NCBI GenBank assembly: GCA_052327205.1
Contig: CM126207.1
Location: forward strand, 218,178,001 to 218,242,000
Direction: 5' to 3'
DNA: 64,000 nucleotides
DNA from: Somniosus microcephalus
Lineage: Eukaryota
Shown here: positions 11,263-24,502 of the stretch, piece by piece
Numbering within the stretch: position 1 is the stretch's first letter
How the letters are laid out: the number at the start of each line of letters is the position of its first letter
Program-made: the position numbers and the translations under genes
The notes under the pieces: model-generated
The model's database searches: none
Told to the model about the DNA's origin: nothing
The model's input: the letters and a program-made list of their open reading frames with translations, nothing else

Positions 11263-14200
11263 ATAAGAACATATAAGAACATAAGAAATAGGAGCAGGAG
11301 TTGGCCAATCGGCCTCTCGAGCCTGCTCCGCCATTCAATAAGATCATGGCTGATCTGATCCTAACCGCCAATCCACTATCACAGAACCATCTCCTGAATC
11401 TAACAGAATTAGACACACGAAATAGGAGCAGGATCAGGCTACACGGCCCCTGGGCCCGCTCCACTACCCACAGGGCCATGACCATTCCGAACCTAGACTC
11501 ATGTCCAAATTCCTGCCCGCTCCCCGTAACCCTTAATTCCCTTTACTTCTAGGAAACTGTCTATTTCTGTTTTAAATTTATGTAATGATGTAGCTTCTAC
11601 AGCTTTTTGGGGCAGCATATTCCATGGACCTACCACCCTCTGAGTGAAGTAGTTCCTCCTCATCTCAGTTTTGAAAGAGCAGCCCCTTATTCTAAGACTA
11701 TGTCCCCTAGTTCTAGTTTCACCCATCATCGGGAACATCTTCCCTGCATCCACCCGATCCAACCCCTTCACAATCTTATATGTTTCAATAAGATCGCCTC
11801 TCATTCTTCTGAACTCCAATGAGTAGAGTCCCAATCTACTCAACCTCTCCTCATATGTCCATCCCCTCATCCCCGGGATTAACCGAGTGAACCTTCTTTG
11901 TACTGACTCGAGAGCAAGTATGTCCTTTCTTAAGTATGGACACCAAAACTGTACGCAGTATTCCAGGTGCGGTCTCACCAATACCTTGTACAACTGAAGC
12001 AATACCTCCCTATTTTTATATTCTATCCCCCTAGCAATGAAAGCCAACATTCCATTGGCCTTCTTAATCACTTGCTGCACCTGCATACTAACCTTTTGAG
12101 TTTCGTGCACCAGGACCCCCAGATCCCTTTGTACTTCAGTACTTTGCAGTTTCTTGCCATTAAGATAATAACTTGCTCTATGATTTTTCCTGCCAAAGTG
12201 CATAACCTCACACTTTCCAGTATTGTATTCCATCTGCCAAATCTCTGCCCACTTACTTAGCCTGTCTATGTCCCCTTGCAGGTTTTTTATGTCCTCCTCA
12301 CTCACTACTTTCCCTCCCATCTTAGTATCATCTGCAAACTTTGATATGTTACACTCGGTCCCCTCCTCCAAATCGTTAATATAGATTGTAAAGAGTTGGG
12401 GACCCAGCACTGACCCCTGCGGAACACCACTAGTTACTGATTGCCAGTCTGAGAATGAACCATTTATCCCAACTCTCTGCCTCTGTTAGATAGCCAATCC
12501 TCTATCCATGCCAGAATATTACCCCCAATCCCGTGATTTTTTATCTTAAGCAATAATCTTTTGTGTGGCACCTTGTCAAATGCCTTTTGGAAGTCTAAAT
12601 ACACTACGTCCACTGGTTCCCCTTTATCCACCCTATACGTTACTTCCTCAAAGAACTCCAGCAAATTTGCCAAACATGACTTCCCCTTCATAAAACCATG
12701 CTGACTTTGTCCTATTAAATTATGATTATCCAAATGTCCTGTTACTGTCTCCTTAATAATGGACTCCAAAATTTTACCTACCACAGATGTTAGGCTAACC
12801 GGTCTATAGTTTCCAGCCTTCTGTCTACTGCCCTTTTTAAATAAGGGTGTTACATTAGCAGTTTTCCAGTCTGCCGGGACATTTGCCGAGTCCAGGGAGT
12901 TTTGGAAAATTATTACCAATGCATCCACAATCCCTACCGCCACTTCCCTCAAGACCCTAGGATGTAAGCCATCGGGTCTAGGTGATTTATCCGCCTTGAG
13001 TCCCATTATTTTACCGAGTACCATTTCCTTAGTGATTTTGATCGTGTTTAGCTCCTCCCCCCCCTTTAGCCCCCTGTTTGTCCAGTGTTGGGATATTCTT
13101 AGTGTCTTCTACTGTAAAGACTGATGTAAAATATTCATTCAGTGTTTATGCCATCTCCATATTTCCCACCATTAATTTCCTGGTCTCATCCTCTAAGGGA
13201 CCAACATTTACTTTAGCCACCCTTTTTCTTTTTATATAACTATAAAAACTCTTACTATCTGTTTTTATATTTTTTGCTAATTTACTTTCATAATCTATCT
13301 TTCCTTTCTTAAGCTTTTTGTTATTTTTTGTTGTCTTTTAAAGTTTCCCAATCCTCTATACTCCCACTAGATTTGGCTACCTTATATGCCCTTGTTTTTA
13401 GTCGAATACTATCCTTAATTTCTTTACTTAGCCACGGATGGCTGTCTTTTCTTTTACACCCTTTTCTTCTCAGTGGAATATATTTTTTTTGGAAGTTGTA
13501 AAATAACTCCTTAAATGTACACCACTGATCATGTATCGTCTTACCCTTTAATCTATTTTCCCAATCTACTCTACTCAATTCCACTCTCATACCTTCATAG
13601 TCTCCTTTATTCAAGCTTAGCACGCTTGTTTGAGATCCAACCTTCTCACCCTCTAATTGAATATGGAATTCAACCATGTTATGGTCACTCATTCCAAGGG
13701 GATCCTTGACTAGAACATTTTTAATTAATCCCGTCTCGTTACACAGGACCAGATCTAAGGTTGCTTGCCCCCTGGTTGGCTCAGTTACATACTGCTCAAG
13801 GAAACCCATCCCTAATACACTCAATGAACTCATCCTCAAGGCTGCCCTGCCCAATTTGATTTGTCCAATTAATATGATAGTTAAAATCCCCCATAATTAT
13901 AGATGTTCCCTTATTACAAGCCTCAACTATTTCCTGATTGATACTCCGTCCAACAGAGTTGCCACTGTTCGGAGGCCTATAGACTACGCCCACTAGTGTT
14001 TTTTTCCCCTTATTATTCCTTACCTCCACCCAAACTGTTTCATTATCCTGATCTTTTGACCCAATATCATTTCTCTGTATTACAGTGATTCCTTCCTTTA
14101 TTAACATAGCCACCCCAACTCCCCTTCCTTCCTGATCGTTAAATAACCTGGTATGTTTAATTCCCAGGCATTGTCACCCTGCAGCCATGTTTCTGTAATG

Positions 14201-14272
14201 GCCACAAGATCATACCCATATGTAGTTATTTGTGCCATTAACTCGTCTATTTTGTTACGAATGCTACGTGCA
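11263..14272 (-). mobile_element. CR1 LINE with most of ORF2 (APE plus RT) and a few frameshifts
   Basis: ORFs 13796-14113, 13321-13854, 12464-13024 and 11499-12410 (VYRPP, MGDFN, SDHN, NYRPVSLTS, DFQKAFDKV, KFADD); octamer tail (AAGAACAT)n at 11263-11287. Confidence 0.95.
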
Positions 14273-14812
14273 TAACCCTTCTCAGGTCACCTCTTAACAT
14301 TCGCACTTCTGGTGAAAAATCACCAACTTCTGAAGTCTCTCTTCATAACTGTAGCTCCCTCATCCCTGGTAGTATCCTAGTGAATCTAGGCTGCAACTTT
14401 TCCAGTGTTTTAATTTCATTCCTATTAAGGAGTGTTAAAACTGCATACAATAACCCAAATACAGCCTATGGTCTTGTGTAAATTCAACATTACCTCCTTG
14501 CTTTTGTATTTTGGATACAAAACTAAGGATTCCATTTGCCATTTTATGGCATTTTTACTTGTGCTGTCACCTGTAATAACCTGTGTAACTGCACACCAAG
14601 GTCTTGCTGCCCCTGTACTCCATTTAAAATCTTATCATTGAGATTATTTTTTCTGTATATTTATGTCCAAAATATATGACATTACATTTTCAACATTGAA
14701 CTGTGCCTACCCCATTCTTCTAGCCTATTTATGATCTCATGTAGTTTTTCCAAGTCCTTGCCACAATTTGGTATGTCCCCCAAATGGTGGTGTCAGTAAT
14801 TTTTTTATAATG

Positions 14813-14940
14813 CAATAGCAAAATACTGCGGATGCTGGAAATCCGAAATAACAACAGAAAATGCTGGAAAAACTCAGCAGGCCAGGCAACATCCGTAGAG
14901 AGAGAAAGAGAGTCAACGTTTCGGGTCGAAACCCTTCTAC
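14813..14940 (-). mobile_element. Penelope-like element terminal fragment with 15-bp TSD
   Basis: gcaaaatactgcggatgctggaaat...aacgtttcgggtcgaaaccc is flanked by AATTTTTTTATAATG at 14798-14812 and 14941-14955. Confidence 0.75.
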
Positions 14941-15456
14941 AATTTTTTTATAATGTTCCCTCAGTTTGTAAGTTACATGAGAGTGGCTCCAACACAGACC
15001 CCTGCAGAATACCACTTACCACATCTTTCCAGTCTGTGGAACTAGTTATCCCTACATTTTGCTTTCTGCACTCGAACTATCTCTCTATCCATGTGGCAAA
15101 ATTCCCTTAATTGATGTGCCAAAATTCCTTTAATTCTATGTACCTTATCTTTGACATAAGTCTTATATGTGGTACCTTATCAAATGTTTGTGAAAATCTA
15201 TATAAATCACATCCACTGTATTCCCTTCTCTGTTCTCTCTGTAATGTCTTCATTCTACCAGGATGGTCAAGCACTATTCAATTCAATTCAAATCGCTTTA
15301 TTGGCATGACAAGGTACATCTTATGTTGCCAAAGCATCGAAAAACATTCATGGTTGTACACAAAAATACAGATCTATCCATACAGTGTATAAACAGATAT
15401 ATCCCTGAGTGTATAAATATACATTCATATAATTTGTATATACTCTTTTCTTATAT

Positions 15457-18400
15457 TTAGTGGTTGTCCCTCTGTTTATGGCAAGCTGTAACATAGTGTG
15501 CCGCTAATGTTACACAATTTCTCTCTTCCCCTAGTAGGTATGGGAGTTTTTGGTCGTCATTCAGATTTCCGAATTCCGGGCATATTTTTGTGAATTTTGG
15601 GTAGAAATTCTCCCTTATGCCCTGATATTTTCTACAAGCTGTGAGGAATTGCATCTCTGTCTCCACCACTCCCTGACTGCAGTGAGAGCATATCCTGTCC
15701 TCTCTTGGTAGCCGGGTCTGCCTGTGTCTACCTTTTTCGATCGCCAGGCTATGTTCACTAAGTCGGTACATTGTCGAGGTTTTTCTCAGTTTGCTATCCT
15801 TTACCATGGTCAGGTAATCAGCCATGTTGTATTGTCTGTTTAGGGCCAAGTAGCAATTGAGTTTGCTTTGGGTTTTTGTTGTTTCTGCCCAATATGACAG
15901 ATATTTTTTCCTTTTGCTTAGCGACGATTGTGTTGGGTCGAATTCTTTGTGTTACCCTGTCACTGTCCTGGGGCTGGTTATTGTTAGTAGTGTTAGTAGT
16001 TACTTCACTGAGTCCCAGGACTAGTTGACTGAGGGTATTCTTCTTTATGGTCCTCTCTTGGCATTTCAGGGCTTCGTAATGATAGCATTGGGGGTTGCTC
16101 ATTTCTAGGTGTTTCCAAAATTTGGTGGCTGTTTTTTGGATAGTGATTATTAATGGATATTGGCCTAGTTCTGCCCTGCATGCATTGTTTACGGTTTTCC
16201 TTTGAGTCCGGAGGATACTTTTACAGAATTCTGCATGTAGGATCTCAATTGGGTGTTTGTCCCATTTTGCAAATTCTTGTTGCGTTAGCGGTCCCCACAC
16301 CTCACTGCCATAGAGTGCAATTGGTTCAATTACTGATTTGAAAATTTTGAGCCAAATGCTAATTGGGATTTCTATTTGGATTGATTTTTTAATGGCATAG
16401 AAAGCCCTTCTTGCTTTCTCTTTCAGTTCATTCACAGCCAGATGGAAATTTCCCGTAGAACTGATTTTTAAGCCCAAGTATGTGTAGTTAGTGGTTTGTT
16501 CAATTTTGGTTGTTCCTAGTGTGAAATTTATTTTGGGTCCCTGATGTCTGGATCTTTGCTGGAACACAAGGACTTTGGTTTTTTGGGGATTTATTGTCAG
16601 GGCCCAGGTCTGGCAGTACGACTCCAGCAGATCCAGGTTCTGCTGTAGACCCTCCTTAGTTGGTGACAGCAGAACCAGGTCATCTGCATAGAGGAGGAAT
16701 TTAACCTTGGATTCATATAGGGTGAGGCCGGGTGCTGTAGATTGTTCAAGTAGTTTTGCCAATTCATTTATGTAAATATTAAAGAGTGTCGGTGAGATGG
16801 GCGAGCCCTGCGTCACCCCCCGCCCCTGTGGGAAGTATTTTGTTTGTTTGTCTCCAATTTTAACATCACATGTTGTTTGTATACATTGATTTAATTACAT
16901 CATATGTTTTTCCCCCTACCCCGCTTTCGATAAGTTTCAGGAATAAACCGTCGTGCCAGATGGAATCGAAAACCTTCTGGAAATCTATAAAGCACGCGTA
17001 GATTTTGCTTTTGTTTTGATGAACGTGTTTGTCAATTAGGGTCTGTAGGGTGAAGATATGATCTGATGTTCTATAGTTTGGCAGGAATCCAATTTGGCTT
17101 TTGCTCAAGACATTGTGCTCCTCAAGGAAGTTTATAAGTCTTTTGTTTATGATACTACAGAATACCTTCCCCAGGTTACTGTTTACACAGATGCCTCGAT
17201 AGTTATTTGGGTCGACTCTGTCCCCACTTTTGTATATGGGCGTTATGAGTCCTTTGTTCCAGATATCAGGGAAGTAGCTGACACTCAGAACCAAGTTGAA
17301 GAGTTTTAGGATAGCCAGTTTCATTTTATCGTCTGTGTGTTTAATCATCTCGCTTAGTATGCCGTCTGCACCGCAAGCTTTTCCTGGTCGCAGGTCCTTG
17401 AGTTTTTCAAATAGTTCTTTTTCTGTTATTATGGAGTCTAGCGGGTTTTGGTTATCTTTTATGGCCATTTCGAGCTTTTCCAGTTTTTTGCATATTTGGT
17501 GTTGCTCTGGCCTTAGTGTGTTTTTCTGGTATAATTTTTTCTGGTATAATTTTTCAAAGTGGTTTTCCCATGTGTCTCCATTTTGAATGGCCAATTCGTC
17601 GTGTTGTTTTTTGTGTAATGTATTCCAGTTGTCCCAGAAACAATTGGAATCAATGGATTCCTCAGTGGAGCGGAGTGTATTCTTAATATACTGCTCTTTT
17701 TTGGTTCTGAGTGTGTTTCTGTATTGTGTTAGTGTCTGACAATAAGTAAGGCGTAATTCCTCATTTTCTGGCTGTCTGTTTTTGGTTTGATATTTTTCTA
17801 AGTTTTTCCTCATGTTATGGCAATCTGGGTCAAACCATTTTTCATAGTTTTTTGTTTTGGGTTTGTTCTTGCGAGCTTTCAAGTTTGACCTTGTTGCCAA
17901 GTTATCAAAAATATTGTTTAGGTTATTCACTGCCCGGTTTACGCCTTCTTTATTGTGAGTGTATATGTTATCCAGAAAGGTGTCCAAGAGAGCTTGAGTT
18001 GATTCATTGCTAATTGCTTTCTGGTAGTTTTCCGTGCTGTTTTTGGCCCATCCGTACGATTTTTTGGTGTTGTACAGCTTACTGGGTTGTGTTTCTGTGT
18101 TGGTTGTTTCTGTCTTTTTAAGATACATGGTAATTTGACTGTGGTCTGACAGTGTTGTTTGTGGTTTGACTGTGAATGCTCTGAAAGAGGATGGGTCCAA
18201 ATCCGTAATCATATAGTCTACGGTGCTACAGCCAAGAGGTGAGCAATAGGTCAATCTTCCTAGGAGGTCTCCCATGAACCTACCATTGACAATGTACAGA
18301 CCCAGGCTTCGACAGAGCTGCAGTAGCTGTTTTCCGTTGGTATTTGTCTGCTTGTCACAGTTATGCCTGTATGGAAGGGAAGGGATATCGAAGTGGTTAT

Positions 18401-18936
18401 TCCCGAATATGTAATTGTTTCCCTGATTATTGGTGAAGTCTGGTTCTTCGCCAGTTCTTGAATTGAGGTCACCACAGATCAACACGTTCCCCTGGGCCTG
18501 GAATTGGATAATCTCCTTCTCAATGTTGGAGAAGGTGTCCTCTTTAAAGTATGGGGATTCCATTGGGGGGATATAGAGTGCGCAAATGAAAACATCTTGG
18601 GTGTTAGAGATAATCCCCCTCTCAATTTTGAGCCACATGTGGTTTTCGCCCTTTTTTATAAATTTGATGCAATTCTTAAGCTCTGTTTTAAACCAAATCA
18701 GTATGCTTCCGGAGTCTCTGCCTTGGGTCACTCCTGGCAATTTATTGGAGGGGACCACCAGCTCTGTGTACCCTTGGGGACGGCCAGTGTGTCCTGCTCT
18801 ATACCAAAGTTTCCTGTAAAATGATAATATCCAGATCTTTAGTTTCATCTATGAACTCTGGGGTCCTACTCTTCACGTCGAGCACCGAAGAGCGTAGACC
18901 TTGGATATTCCAGGTCGAAATATATAAGGATTTCAT
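15457..18936 (-). pseudogene. RTE-X-like ORF2 (APE, RT, C-terminal Cys motif), frameshifted
   Basis: Starts MKSLYISTWNIQGL at 18936; ICGDLNSR, LSDH, NYRGI, DFQKVFDSI, LLYADD, RLSEHSLAIEKGR...RICSHC. Confidence 0.88.
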
Positions 18937-19758
18937 GTTAAGTTTGATCTTTTACTATGATAGGTTAAAGAATGATATGTGTTTGTCGTGTCTAAATGGG
19001 GGGAAAAAAAATCATCTCAATTGTCTATAAATGCTAATACTACTTGGTTACAATTCTTTCTAGTAATTAGTCCTTGATTTTTTTTTTTCTTTTCTGATCC
19101 ATAAGGCGGAAGTAGATGCTGCTGCACGTCTGCTTAGTGTCTCTTAATGGATTGTCTCTGCCTGAGGTATTGCGTACGCCCTGTGCATCTCTCCCTCTGT
19201 CTGGCTGGGAGCGGACCTGTTCCCCTGTATGACAGGAGTGGTGCAGGTCTGATATTGTTGTTGTGCATGGGGATCCTCTCTGGTCCCAGTTGGTGTGGTG
19301 GTGGTCTCTGTAGTAGTCCTGGTATGTACCCCGCTGGTCTCTGGTGGTCCTCCTGGAGTCTGGGTATGGACCCGGTTAAAAGCGACGTCCTTCAGGGCTT
19401 TAGCAAAGATCGGTATTCGTTTCCTGTGGATGTGGACGCAGTCGTGAAGACATTCCACATCGAGGGTGGGGTGTTGGGCCAGGTGCATGTTGTGTTTTAA
19501 TTCACAGTCTCTTGCTATGCTGGCATTTATCTCATGAATTGTGTTGTTGTTAAAGTCTGTTCTCGGCAGTATTGTGGAAACAGTGATTCTAGTGTTTGGG
19601 AATGTATTGCTTGCCTTCTCAATCACTGTTCTGAGCGATGTTGCTACCCCTTTCTGCTGGGCCTTTAGGTCATTTGTGCCCGTGTGTATTATTATGTGTT
19701 GGGGGGAGCCTAATCGGGTTTTGGTCAGCCATTCCAGGGCTCTGTTGTTGAGCACCAG

Positions 19759-20444
19759 GGGCTAAAAATTCGGCATCGCCGCGCCAGGTCTTTAGTGCCT
19801 GAAATTTTGCGCTCGCCCGGATTCCCGTAGCGCCCGCCTGAAATTCAGTTGCGCCGCCCCAAGACGGAGGCGGGCGCTATTGCAGGGTTTGGCCGCCTCG
19901 TTTGGGGCGATGAAAGTCAGTTTCAGGCGTCCAGCTGCCGCTGCGGCACCCGATGCGGTGCGGCAGGCTGGGGTACTGCAGGCCTCCTCCTTCTCTTAAG
20001 GAGGAGCTGCCTGCAGCCGTGAGATCGCCGCTGGATTCCCCCGGCAAATGAGCCCGGCACCACGGAGAAGTGCCGGGCTCGCGGGAGTCAGACACCAATG
20101 CCGCGGGGGGGTGGTGCAGGAGTCCGGGGAGGGAGGTGCGGCCAGGCGGCCGCTGGCCGCCCCTCCACCTTTATGCGCCGGCCTCTCGGAGCTGCAAGGC
20201 ACCGTTTTTCAAACGCTGTTTGCGGCCGCTACGGGCGAGGCGGCCGCAACTGAATTTGGCCATCGGCACGGAATAGCATTGGAACCGGGGCGCTGCGCAC
20301 ACCGATGACATCATCGGTGCCGGCGCAGCGCTACCGGCTAACGCCGATGTTAGGGACCAACTGAATTTCGGGCGCTAAAAAACTTCCGGCGCAAACCACT
20401 CTATAGCCAATAAGTGGGCGCAAACGCGACTGAATTTCTAGGCC
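19759..20444. mobile_element. Non-autonomous PIF/Harbinger-type MITE (686 bp, CpG-rich) inserted in the RTE-X ORF1
   Basis: TIRs GGGCTAAAAATTCGG / GGCCTAGAAATTCAG (12/15); 3-bp TSD CAG at 19756-19758 and 20445-20447; repeated subterminal CTGAA(A)TT motifs; ORF1 sequence continues on both sides. Confidence 0.85.
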
Positions 20445-21189
20445 CAGATCTTTTCTACTTTACGTCTAGGGAAGAGCTTTTTCTCCCATAGAAATTTCCC
20501 ATTTGAGTCTATGAGTATTACGATGTCAGCCTTGTTGGTGTTTACTGTCTGGTGGCTTTCGCCTGGACTTATAGGGTGTGTGTTGGACTGGGGTGGTCGT
20601 GTCTGGTGTGTGCGCTCCTCTTGTGAGCGGCTCGCTTGTGGTTCCACAGCGGTGGGGGAAGACTGAGCTTCAGTATGCTGTACCTGTATGAAACCCATGC
20701 TGAGTGAACCTAATTAACTCAAGGTTCTCCAACTGCTTTGTAATTTCCTTTTCACAAAATTTTGGAAAATTATATTCAAGAGCCTTCTGTATTTTTCCCT
20801 TACACCCCTCAATATTTCAATTATTCTGCAACCTTAATTTTGAGTATCTTCTTTCGTAACATATATTTTTGAATAATAACCTCCACTAACTATGTTAACC
20901 CATCTCTGGTGATTCGGCAATCCCAATTTGCATCTCCTTTGTGAAAAGTAAGGCAAAGTACTTATTTGTATTTCTGCCATTCCCTCACTCGTCACCATAA
21001 ACTTTCTTCCTTTATCCCTCAGTGGCCCTAACACTACCTTGATCATCCTCTTAATACTAATGTTCCTATAGAAAGCCTTTTTATTGTGATTCCTGTTACC
21101 ATTGTTGTGGTGTAACAATGCAGTTTTGTAGCAAGCCATTTTTCAAACAGTAGTGGTCTTTCCCTACACTTTGAAAACAATAATAATTT

Positions 21190-21348
21190 TCAAATTGGAA
21201 TTGGATACATACTGGAAGGGGGAACATTTGCAGGGCTATGCGGAAATAATAGGGGAGTGTGACTAATTGGAAAACTCCTTCAAAGAGCCGGCACAGGCAC
21301 AACGATTTGAATGGCCTCCTTCTGTGCTGTATCATTTGATGATTCTAT
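21190..21348 (+). mobile_element. CR1 3' terminal fragment
   Basis: ttgcagggctatg...gagccggcacaggcac...aatggcctccttctgtgctgt...gattctat, the same pattern as 45800-45917. Confidence 0.7.
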
Positions 21349-24300
21349 ACCATGCTTCCTGTTCCCTTTGTTTCAACTCTCTTGTATTCAGGATTATTAG
21401 AAATGCACCAAGGGAATACTGTGGATAGGTGGGCTAGATGGAACAAATATCTTTGCTTGCCTGAAACTGTTACAATGTAACTGTTACAATGCATTGCTGC
21501 TAATAGTAGACTCTAAAATTAGATGACTGGATTCCACTATTAACTGCACATCCTAATTAATGTGCACTTTTTCCTATTTTGACACATTACTCACTAGAGT
21601 AATGATGGCATAACACTTCCTTCTGGTACACTATTTCTCATCAAATTGAATCTGTCTTTTTGGATTTCAGATTACCAAGAGATGGTGCCAATAAAGTTAC
21701 TTTATTTTTGATTAGGAAGTATATTAGCCAGTTTCAAAGATATTTTCTTTACTGTCCTGCCATCGATTATTTCCTGTACTGGTTGCCTGCAACATGTACT
21801 GCAGTGCTCAAATAGACTGTTAAGGTGTGTCCATGAAAAGTAAAATCCAGAAGATTCACAGAAGTAGAACTTGGCAAACATGTCCCGAGGAGTGAGTCCA
21901 CATCCTACCTTTCCATGGCAAGGCACGTTGCTACAGCAACCTGATGTGCCTCCAGGCCATCTTGCCTTCACAATGTTTGAACTTTAGCACAAAACTAAAC
22001 AACATTTTTTTTTAATTGCGGCTTGTGCTGCAGTAGGTTAAAGCTGCAACATGAAGCTTCCCCAGGAGGTCAACAGCACAGAGTTTTGGGAGCAAGTTGT
22101 GTTTTGAGTATTCAGCGTAGCCAGAAATGGTCCAATGTGAAGTCAATATATGTATCACCAATAAACACTACATTGTGCGTGTGTTATGAAAAGCAGAGAG
22201 AGAATTCCTACAATGTGTTTAATAGGCCTTAAACTGATAGCTCACACCTGAACAAATCTGTCCATATAGCACAGCCTCAGGCCTGCACAGATCCTCAAAG
22301 TCTGACAATTTCTGAGTTACAATCTGCAGAGACATCCAGCCCAAGGAAGTAAGTGCAGTCGGGTCATGCTGGTCATCTTTATAACCTTCAATCAAATAAC
22401 AGATAAACAGTAACCTAAGAAAACAACACTTTATATTCTTTCCTGCATTGCTGCTAAATAGGTTCTGAGTTCCAAGTCAAACCGCCTTTGCCCCTTCCCA
22501 TTTATCAAAAGCTTCAGTTTCTGGTTCCCACACACAGACCTGTCATGCATATGCGAATCATGTTTAACCAGCGTAAGTGGGATAAAAGTTCATTTACATT
22601 AAAAAAACAATTTAGTTTTGTATGAAAAATGTTTCTACTTCCAACATCCCGACTCTGAGACATACCTCTTTATGTTAAAGATCTACTAATTGTTGTTTTA
22701 ACCTCAGGGAACATCGTTCATTTACCTTGCTGCAGGTTAATGAAACAGTACCGACAATCTTCTTGCCCAGTTCAGCGTTAGATTTGTCACACATGATTTA
22801 ACACTTTAAGTAATGATAATAGGAAGTTAAAATGATAGATAATTTTTACGAGACCTCTTTTTGCTGGTAGTATGCCCCTGAGCATCACCCCAACAGACTC
22901 TATCAATAAAGCCATGGCATTATTCGGAGTATCTTGACAGCGTAATCTATTTTCAAGTTCCCTTCACATTTGTGCATCCTCTTATAGCAGGTGCACTCCT
23001 TTTGCTAACAGAAGCCTTGCGCCTTCTGTAAACGTTGGAAGCAGGTGTATTTCCTGTACTAGGAAAATGACTAACCTCAAAACACCAAGCCAATTTCTCA
23101 TTTTAAAAAAATTAGAAAAGCATGGGTATATGTTAAATCCCCATTTGAGCAGTGGGCAGGGAAATTTCATTATTTTTATAATTATTCATACAGCAACTGA
23201 AATTACAATTTCAAAGATAATTCATTATTATTGAAACACTAGGAATAAAGGAGGAAAGCTTCAGCCATTGCAAAACACATTCAGCAATGCCCAAATTAAT
23301 GAATGTTCCTTTTAATAACAAATTTTTAACATGTATCATGCATACTGTAAACATACAGACGGTTTCTGTGTTGGAAAAACATCTCTGAACTATGTTACTA
23401 CCACATGTATGCCAAGATATGCCTGCACTTATTTAGAATTTGCATTTGGTTCTCACTCGTGTTTATATCATGGATATACAGTATTATGGATAATTTAACG
23501 GTGCTTAACTGTACCATTATTATACAGCAACTGTATTTTGAAAAACGACCAGAAATATAATTACTGTATAAAAGAAACCCATTACATTATCATTGTACTT
23601 TCATAAACTAAATGCTTACCAATCTGTGTTTAATACCACTTAAATAAATGACTAAGTTTGCTAGTATCAAGTTAAAGAATGTGACAAGAGGACTGCAGAC
23701 AATTACTGTTAACCGTGCAAAGTAATTTACAAACATCAAAGTCAAAGTCAGTCACTAACAAGAAAATATTTCAAGAGAATGTTTGAAAAGAGGGTGAGAA
23801 GTTAATGCTGTTAAACCATACAAATAGGTTTAAAGCATATAAATAGGTTTAAATATCATGAACCGCTTTCTGCCACCAGTCACTGCTAGCAATTTGTGTA
23901 TCCCAAGACTGGATTTTGACTTCAAGTGAAAAATACTAATCCATGGCAAAACGCTTCAGTACAAATTGCATCAAGTAACATTTGGAAACAAGCTCCCTAT
24001 AGCACGACAGTCCCAGAGGCAGCGTCAAGGACAGAACTATGGGTTTTAAGAGCAAATGTCTGTGCCCATTTTGCCAGCTAAAGTGAGGATCAATGAGGAG
24101 CCCAAGCATTAAATTTTAACCACTGTACAGTAGCTGTCATGTTTGTACTAAAGTTCAGTGTGGCCTCGTCAAGCACTATTATATAATAAATCTCTATTGA
24201 CATATTTGTATAACTTTTTAACCAAATTTAAAATGATTCTTTTCATCTCAATGATGAGTACAAAAACAATAAATGGCTTGCCATGGATCAGAAGAACAGT

Positions 24301-24502
24301 GATACACAATTAAGCTGCATTACCCCAAAGCATGTGGTATAGAATTAAATTATTTAACCTTTCCAAGTTAGTTGCACATCACTATAAATGAAGAGCACAG
24401 CACAATTGGTATAAATTTTAAGCAGTAGAAACAAATGGGAAGGTAGATATAGGCAAATAAATAAAACAAAGGCAGGGTGAGCTAACCTTTAAAGTACTAA
24501 TA

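Larger units (their letters stand above)
15276..20684 (-). mobile_element. RTE-X (RTEX)-like LINE: partial esterase ORF1 plus ORF2
   Basis: ORF1 has SGNH-like motifs (IIIHTGTNDL, DCVH); ORF2 carries APE, RT and a C-terminal zinc-knuckle-like motif; AATAAA plus (TTGAA)n tail at 15276-15302. Confidence 0.85.
10970..21100 (-). mobile_element. Old CR1 surviving as three pieces (about 10970-11262, 14273-15275, 20685-21100) separated by younger insertions
   Basis: The pieces are collinear with CR1 ORF2 order on the minus strand: tail, then the RT region up to ggtcaagcac, resuming at gaaacccatgctga. Confidence 0.6.

Noticed and set aside
19759-20444. CpG island as a possible host promoter
   Set aside because: It is bounded exactly by TIRs and a CAG TSD inside a LINE ORF1, so it is a transposon.
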